Source: Flavobacteriales bacterium (GTDB lineage Bacteria; Bacteroidota; Bacteroidia; Flavobacteriales_F; PHOS-HE28). From it: 64,000 nucleotides of DNA. Location of the stretch: positions 16,867 through 80,866 of the forward strand of contig JAHDVX010000014.1 in assembly GCA_023382455.1 (NCBI GenBank), written 5' to 3'. The notes under the pieces were generated by a model. That model worked only from the letters and a program-made list of their open reading frames with translations. It searched no databases and was not told the origin of the DNA. This document shows, piece after piece, positions 1 through 9,491 of this stretch. The position numbers and the translations under genes were made by a program. Position 1 is the stretch's first letter, and the number at the start of each line of letters is the position of its first letter.

Positions 1-831
1 GACAACACCGACCGCAACCGCACCTCGCCGTTCGCCTTCACCGGCAATAAGTTCGAGTTCCGCGCCCCGGGCTCCAGCGCCAATTGCGCCGGCGCCATGA
101 CGGTGATGAACACCATCGTGGCCGCACAGCTCCGCGCCTTCAAGAAGGATGTGGATGCCTTGGTGGACAAGGGCGTGAAGAAGGATGAGGCCATCCTCCG
201 CACCATCCGCGACCTGATCGTGCACAGCAAGCCCGTACGCTTCGAGGGCAACGGGTACAGCGATGCCTGGAAGGAGGAGGCCGCCAAGCGCAAGCTCCCC
301 AACTTCCCCGACACTCCAAGGGCCCTGGATGCCTGGAGCAGGAGGGAAACCATTGCGCTCTTCCGCGACACGGGCGTGCTTTCGGAAACGGAGATCAAGG
401 CCAGGCACGGCATCGAGTTGCACAACTACACGCTCAAGGTCCAGATCGAATCACGGGTGTGCGCCGACATGGCCCTCAACCATGTGTTGCCTGCCGCTGT
501 GCAGTACCAGAACAGGCTGATCGAAAACGTGAGGGGCTTGCGTGAAGTGATGGGTGCCCAGGCTGCGGAAGGAGCCACCGTCACCCAGGTGGACCTGATC
601 CGAAGGATCAGTGAGCACATGGAGCAGGTCCGCACCCTGAGCGTGGGCATGACCAAGGCCCGCAAAGCGGCGAACACCATCACCGATGAACGGGAGCGCG
701 CCATTGCGTACTGCGATACGGTAAAGCCTTTCATGGACCAGATCCGTTACCATAGCAACAAGCTGGAACTGCTGGTGGACGATGAGCTCTGGCCCCTGCC
801 CAAGATGCGGGAGCTGCTCTTCACCCGCTGA
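1..831 (+). CDS. Glutamine synthetase type III, C-terminal part (5' end outside window)
   Basis: Frame 1 is open from base 1 and reads DNTDRNRTSPFAFTGNKFEFR (GSIII signature); ends WPLPKMRELLF. Confidence 0.93.
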   Translation, partial: DNTDRNRTSPFAFTGNKFEFRAPGSSANCAGAMTVMNTIVAAQLRAFKKDVDALVDKGVKKDEAILRTIRDLIVHSKPVRFEGNGYSDAWKEEAAKRKLPNFPDTPRALDAWSRRETIALFRDTGVLSETEIKARHGIELHNYTLKVQIESRVCADMALNHVLPAAVQYQNRLIENVRGLREVMGAQAAEGATVTQVDLIRRISEHMEQVRTLSVGMTKARKAANTITDERERAIAYCDTVKPFMDQIRYHSNKLELLVDDELWPLPKMRELLFTR

Positions 832-940
832 CCGGACAGCACCCGTCAAGGGGCCGATTTTTCCCCACCCCGTACAACCAGGCCGACTTTGCTTATTTTC
901 GCCCGGCCCCATTTTTCTCCGTGGGACATACAACCATCCA

Positions 941-2950
941 ATGATGAGCATGAAGAAGTTCCTGACCTCCTTCGCTTTCATGTTGCTGTGCACGGCCGGG
1001 GCCATGGCGCAGGGCAAACAAGCCGAGGAGGCCGATGCCGCGTTCAAGAAAGGCTTCTTCACCGAGGCCATTGAGCTCTACAAGAAGGCTTACACCACCG
1101 AGAAGAAGGCCAGCGAAAAGGCCACCCTCATCTTCAAGGTGGCCGAGGTGTACCGCACCATGGGCGACGGGGAGAATGCCCAAGTGTGGTATGAGAAGGC
1201 CAACAAGGCCCAGTACCCCGACCCCATCACCTACTTCTACATCGGCGAGGCCCTGAAGGATCAGGGCAAGTATGCCGACGCCATCGCGGCCTACAATAAA
1301 TACAAGGAGAAGAACCCAGGCGACATGCGGGCCGATGCCAGCTTGGCCTCCTGCCAGCAGGCGCAAGCCTGGGTGGATGCCCCCACCCGCTACAAGGTGG
1401 ACCCCGAGGTGCTGCTCAATGCCCCCCAGTACGATTTCAGCGCCGCCTTCTCCGATAAGAAGAACTCCGACGTGGTCTTCGCCAGCAGCAGGCCTGCATC
1501 CACCGGCACCGAGACCGACGGCATCCTCGGCGAAAGCTTCACCGACCTCTATTCCAGCAGCCGCGACAAGCTAGGCAAGTGGAGTGAGCCCGTACGCCTT
1601 CCACCCTCCATCAACACCGCCGGGCACGAGGGAAGCGCCACCTTCAACTCCAAGCGCAATGTGATGTACTTCACCCGTTGCCCCCACGAGAAGAAGAAAG
1701 TGTACGGTTGCGACATCTGGATGGCCAAGACCGTGGGCGTGAACTACAATGAGCCCGTGATGCTCCCCCTGCGCCCCCAGCAAGCCAAGGATGACACCTC
1801 CGTCGTCACCTTCGGCCATCCCACCCTCTCGCCCGACAACAGGATCCTCGTGTTCAGCAGCAACATGAAGGGCGGCAAGGGTGGCAAGGACCTCTGGATG
1901 GTCAACCTGGACAAGGATGGCATGCCCACCGGCCAGCCGACCAACCTGGGAAGCGAGATCAACACCGCCAAGAACGAGATGTTCCCTTTCTGGAGGGAGA
2001 ACGGGGACCTGTACTTCACCAGCGACCGCCCGGCCGGCATGGGGGGCATGGACATCTACCGGGCCACAAAGACCGGCGACAATGCCTGGGGCAATGCCGA
2101 GAACATGAAGTCGCCCATCAACAGCGCCGCGGATGACTTCAGCATCATCTTCGACGGAGGGGAGGACCGCGGCTTCTTCACCAGCAACCGCCCCGGCGGC
2201 AAGGGTGAGGATGACATCTGGCGCTTCTATGTGCCCGACCTCGTATTCGCCCTGCAAGGCGTGGTGAAGGACAAGGTGACCGGCGAACCCCTGCCCGACG
2301 CGAAAGTGGAAGTGGTGGGTACCGACGGTTCCAACTTCAGCACCTTGGCGGACGCCAACGGCGCGTTCAACTTCGAGGAGGACGGCAAGAGCCGCTACAT
2401 CAAGGAGAACACCAGCTACTCCATTCGCGCCAGCAAGGAGAACTACCTGGTGGTGAACGACCAGGTGACCACTGTGGGCCTTTCCGAAAGCACCACCTTC
2501 GTGAAGGAGTACCTGCTGCAACCCGCCGCCAAGGATGTGGCCATCGCGCTGCCCGAGGTGCAATTCGAACTGGACAAGGCCAGCCTGACCCCTGAGGGCA
2601 AGGACTCGCTCCAGGTGCTCTACCAGACCTTGATCGACAACCCCACCATCACCATTGAACTGGCGGCGCACACCGATACCCGGGGTTCCGACAAGTACAA
2701 CCTGACCCTGTCGCAGAACCGGGCCCAAAGCTGCGTGAACTACCTCATCAGCCGGGGGATCGATCCCGTGCGCATGACGGCCAAGGGCTACGGCGAAACG
2801 CGCAACCGGATCACCGACGCCGAGATCGCCAAGATGGCCACCACCGCCGAGAAGGAGGCCGCCCACCAGAAGAACCGCCGCGTGGAGTTCTCCGTGAAGA
2901 GCTTCGACTACGTGCCCAAGGCGAACCAGGAGGGCACGGGAACCAACTAG
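941..2950 (+). CDS. PorE-like OmpA-family protein (TPR, PD40 propeller, carboxypeptidase-regulatory-like and OmpA_C domains)
   Basis: Signal peptide MKKFLTSF...AMAQ; TPR helices; PD40 repeats (FTSNRPGGKGEDDIW); OmpA motifs AHTDTRGSDKYNLTLSQNRA and NRRVEF. Start moved to ATG 941 or 950. Confidence 0.85.
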   Translation: MMSMKKFLTSFAFMLLCTAGAMAQGKQAEEADAAFKKGFFTEAIELYKKAYTTEKKASEKATLIFKVAEVYRTMGDGENAQVWYEKANKAQYPDPITYFYIGEALKDQGKYADAIAAYNKYKEKNPGDMRADASLASCQQAQAWVDAPTRYKVDPEVLLNAPQYDFSAAFSDKKNSDVVFASSRPASTGTETDGILGESFTDLYSSSRDKLGKWSEPVRLPPSINTAGHEGSATFNSKRNVMYFTRCPHEKKKVYGCDIWMAKTVGVNYNEPVMLPLRPQQAKDDTSVVTFGHPTLSPDNRILVFSSNMKGGKGGKDLWMVNLDKDGMPTGQPTNLGSEINTAKNEMFPFWRENGDLYFTSDRPAGMGGMDIYRATKTGDNAWGNAENMKSPINSAADDFSIIFDGGEDRGFFTSNRPGGKGEDDIWRFYVPDLVFALQGVVKDKVTGEPLPDAKVEVVGTDGSNFSTLADANGAFNFEEDGKSRYIKENTSYSIRASKENYLVVNDQVTTVGLSESTTFVKEYLLQPAAKDVAIALPEVQFELDKASLTPEGKDSLQVLYQTLIDNPTITIELAAHTDTRGSDKYNLTLSQNRAQSCVNYLISRGIDPVRMTAKGYGETRNRITDAEIAKMATTAEKEAAHQKNRRVEFSVKSFDYVPKANQEGTGTN

Positions 2951-2966
2951 CCGACCCCTACCGGTG

Positions 2967-3000
2967 AAAAGGCATCCCGTACATCCGGGATGCCTTTTTT
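2967..3000 (+). terminator. Intrinsic terminator
   Basis: AAAAGGCATCCCG-loop-CGGGATGCCTTTTTT directly after the stop codon. Confidence 0.8.
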
Positions 3001-3010
3001 CTTACCACCC

Positions 3011-4189
3011 ATGGAAAACAACCCCTCCCGATACGAGCAGCGCGGCGTGAGCAGCGCCAAGGAAGACGTGCACAAGGCCATTGCCCGGGTGGACAAGGGA
3101 CTTTTCCCCAAGGCCTTCTGCAAGATCGTGCCGGACGACCTCGCCGGAAGTGCCGACCATGCCGTGGTGATGCATGCCGACGGGGCCGGCACCAAGAGCG
3201 CCTTGGCCTATGCCTATTGGCGTGAGACCGGCGACCTGGGTGTCTGGAAGGGCATTGCCCAAGATGCGGTGGTGATGAACCTGGACGACTTGCTGTGCGT
3301 GGGGGCCACTGACCACATCCTGCTCAGCAGTACCATCGGGCGGAACAAGCGCCTGGTCCCCGGAGAGGTGATCGCCGCCATCATCCAGGGTACCGAGGAG
3401 TTCCTGGAAGAGATGCGGGCGCTGGGCATCGGCATTCGCAGCACCGGCGGAGAAACCGCCGATGTCGGCGACCTGGTGCGTACCGTGATCGTGGACAGCA
3501 CCGTCACCTGCCGCATGCGCCGGGACGAGGTGGTGGACAATGCCCGCATCCAGGCCGGCGACGTGGTCGTGGGCCTCGCCAGCTACGGGCAAGCCACCTA
3601 CGAGCGGGAGTACAATGCCGGCATGGGCAGCAACGGCCTGACCAGCGCGCGGCACGATGTGTTCAGCAAGGTGCTCGCCCAGGCCTACCCGGAGACCTAC
3701 GACCCCGCCACTCCCGCAGAGCTGGTATACAGCGGCCAGGCCAGGCTCACCGATCCGCTGGAAGGCACCCCGCTGGACCACGGAAAGGCCGTGCTGTCGC
3801 CCACCAGGACCTACGCGCCCGTGGTGCGGCAGGTGCTGCAGGCCATGCGCCCGCAGGTGCACGGCATGGTGCATTGCAGCGGCGGTGCGCAGACCAAGGT
3901 GCTCCACTTCATCGACAACCTCCGCGTGGTGAAGGACGATCTGCTGCCCGTGCCGCCCCTGTTCACCGCCATCCAGCGGATGAGCGCCACGCCTTGGCGG
4001 GAGATGTACACCGTGTTCAACATGGGCCACCGCATGGAGTTCTACGTGCCCGAAGCACGGGCCGCAGAGATCATTGCCATTGCGCAGTCCTTCGGCATTG
4101 CGGCCCAGGTCATCGGCAGGGTGGAGGCCGCACCAGTAAAGGAAGTGTTGGTCAAAGGACCATTTGGCGAGTTCCGCTACACGGGTTGA
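3011..4189 (+). CDS. purM: Phosphoribosylformylglycinamidine cyclo-ligase (AIR synthase, Bacteroidota type)
   Basis: HADGAGTKS, GGETADVGD, SNGLTSARHD and FNMGHRME motifs. Confidence 0.88.
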   Translation: MENNPSRYEQRGVSSAKEDVHKAIARVDKGLFPKAFCKIVPDDLAGSADHAVVMHADGAGTKSALAYAYWRETGDLGVWKGIAQDAVVMNLDDLLCVGATDHILLSSTIGRNKRLVPGEVIAAIIQGTEEFLEEMRALGIGIRSTGGETADVGDLVRTVIVDSTVTCRMRRDEVVDNARIQAGDVVVGLASYGQATYEREYNAGMGSNGLTSARHDVFSKVLAQAYPETYDPATPAELVYSGQARLTDPLEGTPLDHGKAVLSPTRTYAPVVRQVLQAMRPQVHGMVHCSGGAQTKVLHFIDNLRVVKDDLLPVPPLFTAIQRMSATPWREMYTVFNMGHRMEFYVPEARAAEIIAIAQSFGIAAQVIGRVEAAPVKEVLVKGPFGEFRYTG

Positions 4190-4196
4190 GCACCGC

Positions 4197-4272
4197 TAGT
4201 TGGTTGTCAGTTATTGGTTCCCAGTTGTTCGTTGTCGGTTCCGGTTCAATCATCATTCACCATTCATCAGTG
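4197..4272. repeat. Degenerate heptamer tandem tract
   Basis: TTGTCAG TTATTGG TTCCCAG TTGTTCG TTGTCGG followed by TCATCAT TCACCAT TCATCAG. Confidence 0.65.
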
Positions 4273-4297
4273 ACCGTGCTGCACGGAGCCTTCCCCA

Positions 4298-5380
4298 ATG
4301 TCCGACCTCCTTTCCAAGCTCTCCGCCATCCATGACCGCCGCGAGGAGGTGGGCAAGCAGTTGGCCGACCCGGACGTCATCGCCGACCGCAAACGCTTTG
4401 TGGAACTGAACCGCGAGTACCGGGACCTGGCGCCGGTGGACGAGGCCTATGTCCGTTTCCGGAATGCCGTGGAAGGCTTGCGCGGGGCGGAGGAACTCTT
4501 GCGCACCGAGCAGGACCCGGAGATGATCGAGCTGGCGCGGGCGGAGCGCACGGAGCTGCAGGAGGTCATCGCGGCCATGGAGGAGGAGGTGCGCCTGCTG
4601 CTGGTGCCCAAGGACCCCAACGATGAACGCAACTGCACCATGGAGATCCGTGCGGGTACCGGCGGGGACGAGGCAGGCATCTTCGCGGGCGACCTGCAGC
4701 GCATGTATACGCGCTACATCACCGAGAAGGGCTGGAAGTTGGAGGTGGCGGATAGCAATGAGAACGGGGTGGGGGGCGTGAAGGAGGTGGTGCTCAACGT
4801 AGAGGGCGCCGGGGCCTATGGTGTGCTGAAGTTCGAGGCCGGGGTGCACCGCGTGCAGCGCGTGCCACGCACCGAGGCCAGTGGACGCATCCACACCAGC
4901 GCCGCCACCGTGGCCGTGCTGCCCCAGGCCGAGGAGTTCGATGTGGACCTCAAGGAGAGCGACGTGCGGATGGAGACCGCCCGAAGCGGCGGGGCCGGCG
5001 GCCAGAACGTGAACAAGGTGGAGACCAAGGTGCGCCTCACCCACATACCTACCGGCATTGTGGTGATGTGCCAGACCGAGCGCTCCCAGCTGGGCAACCG
5101 CATCAAGGCCATGCAGATGCTGCGCAACAAGCTCTATGACGAAAAGGTCCGCGCCGAGGAGGAGGCCATCTCCGTGCACCGCCGCAGCCAGGTTTCCAGC
5201 GGCGACCGCAGTGCCAAGATCCGCACCTACAACTACCCGCAAAGCCGCGTCACCGATCACCGCATCGAACTCACCGTGCATAACCTGGCCGAAGTGATGG
5301 ATGGGGACCTGCAGCCTATCATCGATGCCCTGCAGCTCGCTGACCGCACCGAGAAGCTGAAGGCCGGGGAGGGGTATTGA
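4298..5380 (+). CDS. prfA: Peptide chain release factor 1
   Basis: [12 protein letters not shown] (PxT motif), GGQ motif, [16 protein letters not shown]. Confidence 0.96.
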   Translation: MSDLLSKLSAIHDRREEVGKQLADPDVIADRKRFVELNREYRDLAPVDEAYVRFRNAVEGLRGAEELLRTEQDPEMIELARAERTELQEVIAAMEEEVRLLLVPKDPNDERNCTMEIRAGTGGDEAGIFAGDLQRMYTRYITEKGWKLEVADSNENGVGGVKEVVLNVEGAGAYGVLKFEAGVHRVQRVPRTEASGRIHTSAATVAVLPQAEEFDVDLKESDVRMETARSGGAGGQNVNKVETKVRLTHIPTGIVVMCQTERSQLGNRIKAMQMLRNKLYDEKVRAEEEAISVHRRSQVSSGDRSAKIRTYNYPQSRVTDHRIELTVHNLAEVMDGDLQPIIDALQLADRTEKLKAGEGY

Positions 5381-5381
5381 G

Positions 5382-5525
5382 GGGCAGTTGGCAGCGGCAG
5401 TGGGCAGTTCTCGGTTCCTCGGCTCGCAGCTCGCAGCTCGCGGGTCACAGCTCACGGCTCAAAGCTCACGGCCCAAGGCTCGGAGCTAGCACCTCCTGGC
5501 ACTCAAGCAACCCGTCAACTCGTAA
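5382..5525. repeat. Stacked short tandem tracts (GGCAGTT-type, about 10 GCTCRCR-type heptamers, then AACTCGT-like units)
   Basis: GCTCGCA GCTCGCA GCTCGCG GGTCACA GCTCACG GCTCAAA GCTCACG GCCCAAG GCTCGGA. Confidence 0.8.
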
Positions 5526-5590
5526 TCCGGACTCCCCTTACGGTCATCAGCGATGCATGTTTTCCGCTTTCACGTTCTTTACTTTGGCCG

Positions 5591-6058
5591 ATGGCCGAAT
5601 TCACGCTGCTGTTGGGGGCTGACCGCGGGAATCCCATGGACACATTCGCCGAGGCCACGGCCCTGATCCAGGCGCGGGTAGGTCCGGTGCGCTGTTCCAG
5701 CCGGGACCACTGGACGGAGCCCTGGGGCTTCCGGGATGATCACCTGTTCCTCAATCGGGCCTTGCTCGTGGAATCGGACTTGGAGCCGGGTGAGGTGATG
5801 CTTCGCTTGCTCCAGATCGAACGGGAGCTGGGCCGCGAGCGGCCGGCAAAAGGTGGTTATGCTCCCCGGACCATCGATATCGATGTCCTTTTCGTGGGCG
5901 ACCGCACCATCCAGGAGCCGGGGCTCACCGTTCCCCATCCCCGGGTGCACGAACGCGCCTTCGCCTTGGCTCCCGCGGCGGACATTGTTCCCGGCTTGGT
6001 CCATCCCACGTTGAACACCACGGTGCTCGCCCTGCTGGACCGGGTGCAAGCCGAATGA
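5591..6058 (+). CDS. folK: 2-amino-4-hydroxy-6-hydroxymethyldihydropteridine diphosphokinase
   Basis: TEPWGF, FLN, PRTIDIDVL, PHPRVHERAF. Confidence 0.9.
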   Translation: MAEFTLLLGADRGNPMDTFAEATALIQARVGPVRCSSRDHWTEPWGFRDDHLFLNRALLVESDLEPGEVMLRLLQIERELGRERPAKGGYAPRTIDIDVLFVGDRTIQEPGLTVPHPRVHERAFALAPAADIVPGLVHPTLNTTVLALLDRVQAE

Positions 6059-6693
6059 TGAACCCTCCGTACAGCTACATCGCCGTGGAAGGCTTGATCG
6101 GCGCGGGAAAGACCACCCTGGCCAAGCGCCTGGCGGAGCTTTGGGGGGCCACCACGGTGCTGGAGGAGTTCGCCGACAATCCCTTCCTGCCCAGGTTCTA
6201 CGAGGACCCGGCCCGGCATGCCTTCTCGCTCGAGCTCTCCTTCCTGGCCCAGCGCTACCACCAATTGAAACGCGTGGGGGAGCGGAACCTCTTCCAGCCG
6301 GTCACCGTGGCGGACTACTCCTTGGGCAAGTCGCTCGTCTTCGCCAGCGTGACCCTTCCGCCGGATGAGCATGCGCTCTTCCGCGACCTCTATTCCATCA
6401 TGTATTCCGGCCTGCCCAAGCCGGAGCTGCTCGTGTACCTGCACTTGCCCATGGACATGGTGCGGGGGCGCATCCGGTCCCGCGGACGCTCCTATGAGCA
6501 AAGCATCACCATCGACTACTTGGAACAGCTCCAGGAGCGTTACCTGGACCATCTGCGCAAGCTGGAAGGGGTGCGCGTATTGGTGGTGGACCTGAACGGG
6601 AGGGACCTGATCCATGACCCCGCAGCCTATGCGCTCCTGTTGGAGCACATCACTGCCGGGCGACAGCCCGGCCACCATGTGGTTCACCTGTAG
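6055..6693 (+). CDS. Deoxynucleoside kinase
   Basis: EGLIGAGKTT P-loop, NPFLPRFY, RGRSYE lid; ATGA overlap with folK. Confidence 0.9.
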   Translation: MMNPPYSYIAVEGLIGAGKTTLAKRLAELWGATTVLEEFADNPFLPRFYEDPARHAFSLELSFLAQRYHQLKRVGERNLFQPVTVADYSLGKSLVFASVTLPPDEHALFRDLYSIMYSGLPKPELLVYLHLPMDMVRGRIRSRGRSYEQSITIDYLEQLQERYLDHLRKLEGVRVLVVDLNGRDLIHDPAAYALLLEHITAGRQPGHHVVHL

Positions 6694-6797
6694 GTCGCGG
6701 GGTGGTTCCAGTGTCCCCCCATCGGGCCCGCGTCGCCCACCATGCCATGTGGACAACTGTTGAACCTGAGCTCCCGGAGCTTGGCACGGTTGCTGGT

Positions 6798-6805
6798 TAG
6801 ATTTG
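6798..6805 (+). promoter_or_regulatory. Bacteroidota -7 promoter element
   Basis: TAGATTTG matches TAnnTTTG, about 30 nt upstream of the ATG at 6837. Confidence 0.55.
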
Positions 6806-6836
6806 CCCACATCCGGAAAAACAAATTTGGACACAC

Positions 6837-8546
6837 ATGGAACATAATCACCTGAAAGGCATCGCAATGTTGGCCGCGACCGCCTTGGTGGTCGCCGGTT
6901 GCGGCGGACTCGGCAAGATGGAGAAGTATGCGTCAACGATCACCCATACGGTGGATCCAGACCCTCTCATTGTGAAGGGTGATACGGTCCATGTGAACAT
7001 CAACGGGAATTTCCCGGGGAAATATTTCTACAAAAAGGCACAGGTGGAACTTACCCCGGCCATCACCTACGCCACGGGCGAAACGCCCCTGAAGATGGCG
7101 GGATTCCAAGGTGAGGGGGCCGTTGGGAACTACACCGTGGTGCCCTACGAGAGCGGCAAGGCCTTCAGCTACAGCGACAAGGTGGCCTACACCCCCGCCA
7201 TGGAGCAGAGCCAGCTGATGCTCAAGATCCTCGGCAAGCAAGGCAAGAAGGAAAAACCCTTCGAGGCCGTGAAGCTGGCCGATGGTGTGATCACCACGCC
7301 CTACTTGGTACAAAGCGACGACCGCGTGATCATGGCGCCCGACAAGTTCGTCCGTGTCACCAGCCACAGCGCCAGCGCCACCATCAACTACCTGGTGGCC
7401 TCCGAGGTGGTCCGCCCGAACGAACTGAAGGACCAGGACGTGAAGAACGTAGCCGACTTCGTGAAGAACAATAAGACCAACCCGCGCATCACCTGGAAGG
7501 GGGTCAGCGTGGATGCCTGGGCTTCCCCCGAAGGCGAGGTGAAGATGAACGAGAACCTCGCCGACAAGCGTGCCGCCACCGGCAAGCGCTGGATCCAGGG
7601 TGTGCTCAAGGCCAATAAGGTGGATGCGGCCAAGAACGACGCCTTCTTCACCCTCAACCCCCGAGGTGAGGACTGGGACGGCTTCAAGAGCGCCATGGAG
7701 GCCAGCACCTTCGCCGACAAGGACCTGGTGCTGCGCGTCCTGCAGATGTACCCCGACGTGACCAAGCGTGAGCAGGAGATCAAGAACATGGCCGCCACCT
7801 ACAAGGAGATCTCCGATGACATCCTGCCGAAGCTCCGCCGTTCGGAGATCAGCTTGAACTACGAGGTGAACGGCTACAGCGATGAGGAGCTCGCCAGCTT
7901 GAGCAAGACCAACCCCGACACCCTGAACGTGGAGGAACTGCTCAAGGCCGCTACCCTCACCAGCGACCTGAACGAGCAACTGCGCATCTACCGCGAGGCC
8001 GAGCGCCTGTTCCCGCAGGATTACCGCTGCGCCAACAACGTGGGCTACGTGCTCTTCCAACAAGGCAAGAGCGCCGAGGCCGAGGCCCAGTTCCAGAAGG
8101 CGAACGGCATCATGGACAACCCCATCAGCACCAACAACCTCGGTGTGATCGCCCGCCAGAAGGGTGACCGCGCCAAGGCCGCCGAGCTCTTCGCCAAGGC
8201 CACAGCCGCCGGTCCCGATGTGAAGTACAACCAAGGCATCATCGCCATTCAGAACGGGGACTACAGCAGCGCCAACAGCAGCATGTCCGGGCAGAACACC
8301 TTCAATGCCGCCTTGGCCAAAATGCTCGGCGGCGACGCTGCCGGCGCCGGCACCATCCTGGCCGCCAGCCCCGAAAAGGATAGTGCCATCGGCCACTACC
8401 TGGCTGCCATCATCGCCGCACGCACCAACAACGGTGAAGGCGTACGCAGCAACCTGGCCGCCGCCGTGGCCAAGGATGCCAGCCTGAAGGACAAGGCCCT
8501 GAAGGACCTCGAGTTCCGCAACTACAAGGACAGCCTCGGCCTTTAA
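6837..8546 (+). CDS. Conserved lipoprotein with OmpA-like domain and C-terminal TPR repeats
   Basis: Lipobox VVAG-C; AWASPEG...NENLADKRA OmpA-like motif; NNVG/NNLG TPR repeats. Confidence 0.8.
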   Translation: MEHNHLKGIAMLAATALVVAGCGGLGKMEKYASTITHTVDPDPLIVKGDTVHVNINGNFPGKYFYKKAQVELTPAITYATGETPLKMAGFQGEGAVGNYTVVPYESGKAFSYSDKVAYTPAMEQSQLMLKILGKQGKKEKPFEAVKLADGVITTPYLVQSDDRVIMAPDKFVRVTSHSASATINYLVASEVVRPNELKDQDVKNVADFVKNNKTNPRITWKGVSVDAWASPEGEVKMNENLADKRAATGKRWIQGVLKANKVDAAKNDAFFTLNPRGEDWDGFKSAMEASTFADKDLVLRVLQMYPDVTKREQEIKNMAATYKEISDDILPKLRRSEISLNYEVNGYSDEELASLSKTNPDTLNVEELLKAATLTSDLNEQLRIYREAERLFPQDYRCANNVGYVLFQQGKSAEAEAQFQKANGIMDNPISTNNLGVIARQKGDRAKAAELFAKATAAGPDVKYNQGIIAIQNGDYSSANSSMSGQNTFNAALAKMLGGDAAGAGTILAASPEKDSAIGHYLAAIIAARTNNGEGVRSNLAAAVAKDASLKDKALKDLEFRNYKDSLGL

Positions 8547-8568
8547 GCCGAGCGGCCTGACTGATCAC

Positions 8569-8600
8569 ATAAAGCCCCCGCCAAACGGCGGGGGCTTTAT
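8569..8600. terminator. Intrinsic terminator
   Basis: ATAAAGCCCCCGCC-AAAC-GGCGGGGGCTTTAT. Confidence 0.8.
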
Positions 8601-8796
8601 CGTTTAGCCATAATGTATGAGGAGGGCAGCCCCTCGCTCCCGCAAGTCCTCCGGCCCAACCGGAAGGCGAGTTCATAACAGGCACAGGCCCGCGACTGGT
8701 GGGAAGCGGACTTCCCCTGTTGTGACGGCGCCCCTGTTCCGGACGCTGGACATTCGAGGTAAGCGTCACCGCCACCTGCGCTCGCGCTGCCCGTCA

Positions 8797-8873
8797 TGAT
8801 CGGGAAACCCAAGGTTGTCGGGTCCTCGGCTGCGCTCGGACTGACAACAAGCTTGGCTTTCCCGTTCCGATCA
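8797..8873. repeat. Long imperfect hairpin with REP-like core
   Basis: CGGGAAA/TTTCCCG, CCAAG/CTTGG and GTTGTC/GACAAC stems around GTCCTCGGCTGCGCTCGGACTGAC. Confidence 0.55.
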
Positions 8874-9035
8874 GGGGGGCGTTGTGCAAGACCCTCTGGG
8901 AAGCTCCGATCACCTATCGCTCATCCGCGCAGCGGAAGCAGACCCTTCATGGCCGTCCATGACAATGATGCCGGAGCAATAATTGGCGCGAGCTGGTGGT
9001 TCGTGCCATCCTGCATGGCCCTAACCGGGCTACCC

Positions 9036-9377
9036 TCACCCTTCCATCGCCTCTATCGTATCCTCGTAGGTGATCTTGCGGTGCGAGGTGGTATGGCTGC
9101 ATTCCCCGTTGCGGATCACCAGCACCTGCGGTGATTCGTGCTGGATTCCATAGCGCGTTTCCACGGCATCGGAGATGTCGCGGTGGGCCCAGAGGTCCAG
9201 GTAGTAGGCCCGGTGGCTGGCGTCATCGGCCGCGGTCCAATCCTTTTCCAGGCGTGCCAAGGCGCCTTTGCTGATCGGGCACGTGGTGCTGTGCTTGAAG
9301 ATCAGCACGGGTTTCTGCCTGGACAGGTCGTCGATCCGGTCCAACTGTCCCAACGTGGTCAACTCTTTCCAATGCAT
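9036..9377 (-). CDS. ytxJ: Bacillithiol-system redox protein, YtxJ family (DUF2847)
   Basis: FKHSTTCPIS and HESPQ motifs; start at MHWKEL. Confidence 0.88.
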   Translation of the reverse strand: MHWKELTTLGQLDRIDDLSRQKPVLIFKHSTTCPISKGALARLEKDWTAADDASHRAYYLDLWAHRDISDAVETRYGIQHESPQVLVIRNGECSHTTSHRKITYEDTIEAMEG

Positions 9378-9404
9378 GGTGATCAAGGTTTTGGTTCGGA
9401 GTGC

Positions 9405-9491
9405 GTCGTTCGTAGGACGCCTTCGAACCACGAACTACGAACGCCACACTACGAACTACGAACTAACAACTACGAACCAACAACTATCCCC
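9405..9491. repeat. ACTACGA-type heptamer tandem tract
   Basis: ACCACGA ACTACGA ... ACTACGA ACTACGA ACTAACA ACTACGA ACCAACA ACTATCCCC, preceded by an inverted GTTCGTAG. Confidence 0.8.

Noticed and set aside
8640-8770. RNase P RNA or cobalamin riboswitch (GGGAAG and GGAAGTCC-like words)
   Set aside because: The remaining conserved boxes of either RNA are absent, and the position is not 5' of a gene.
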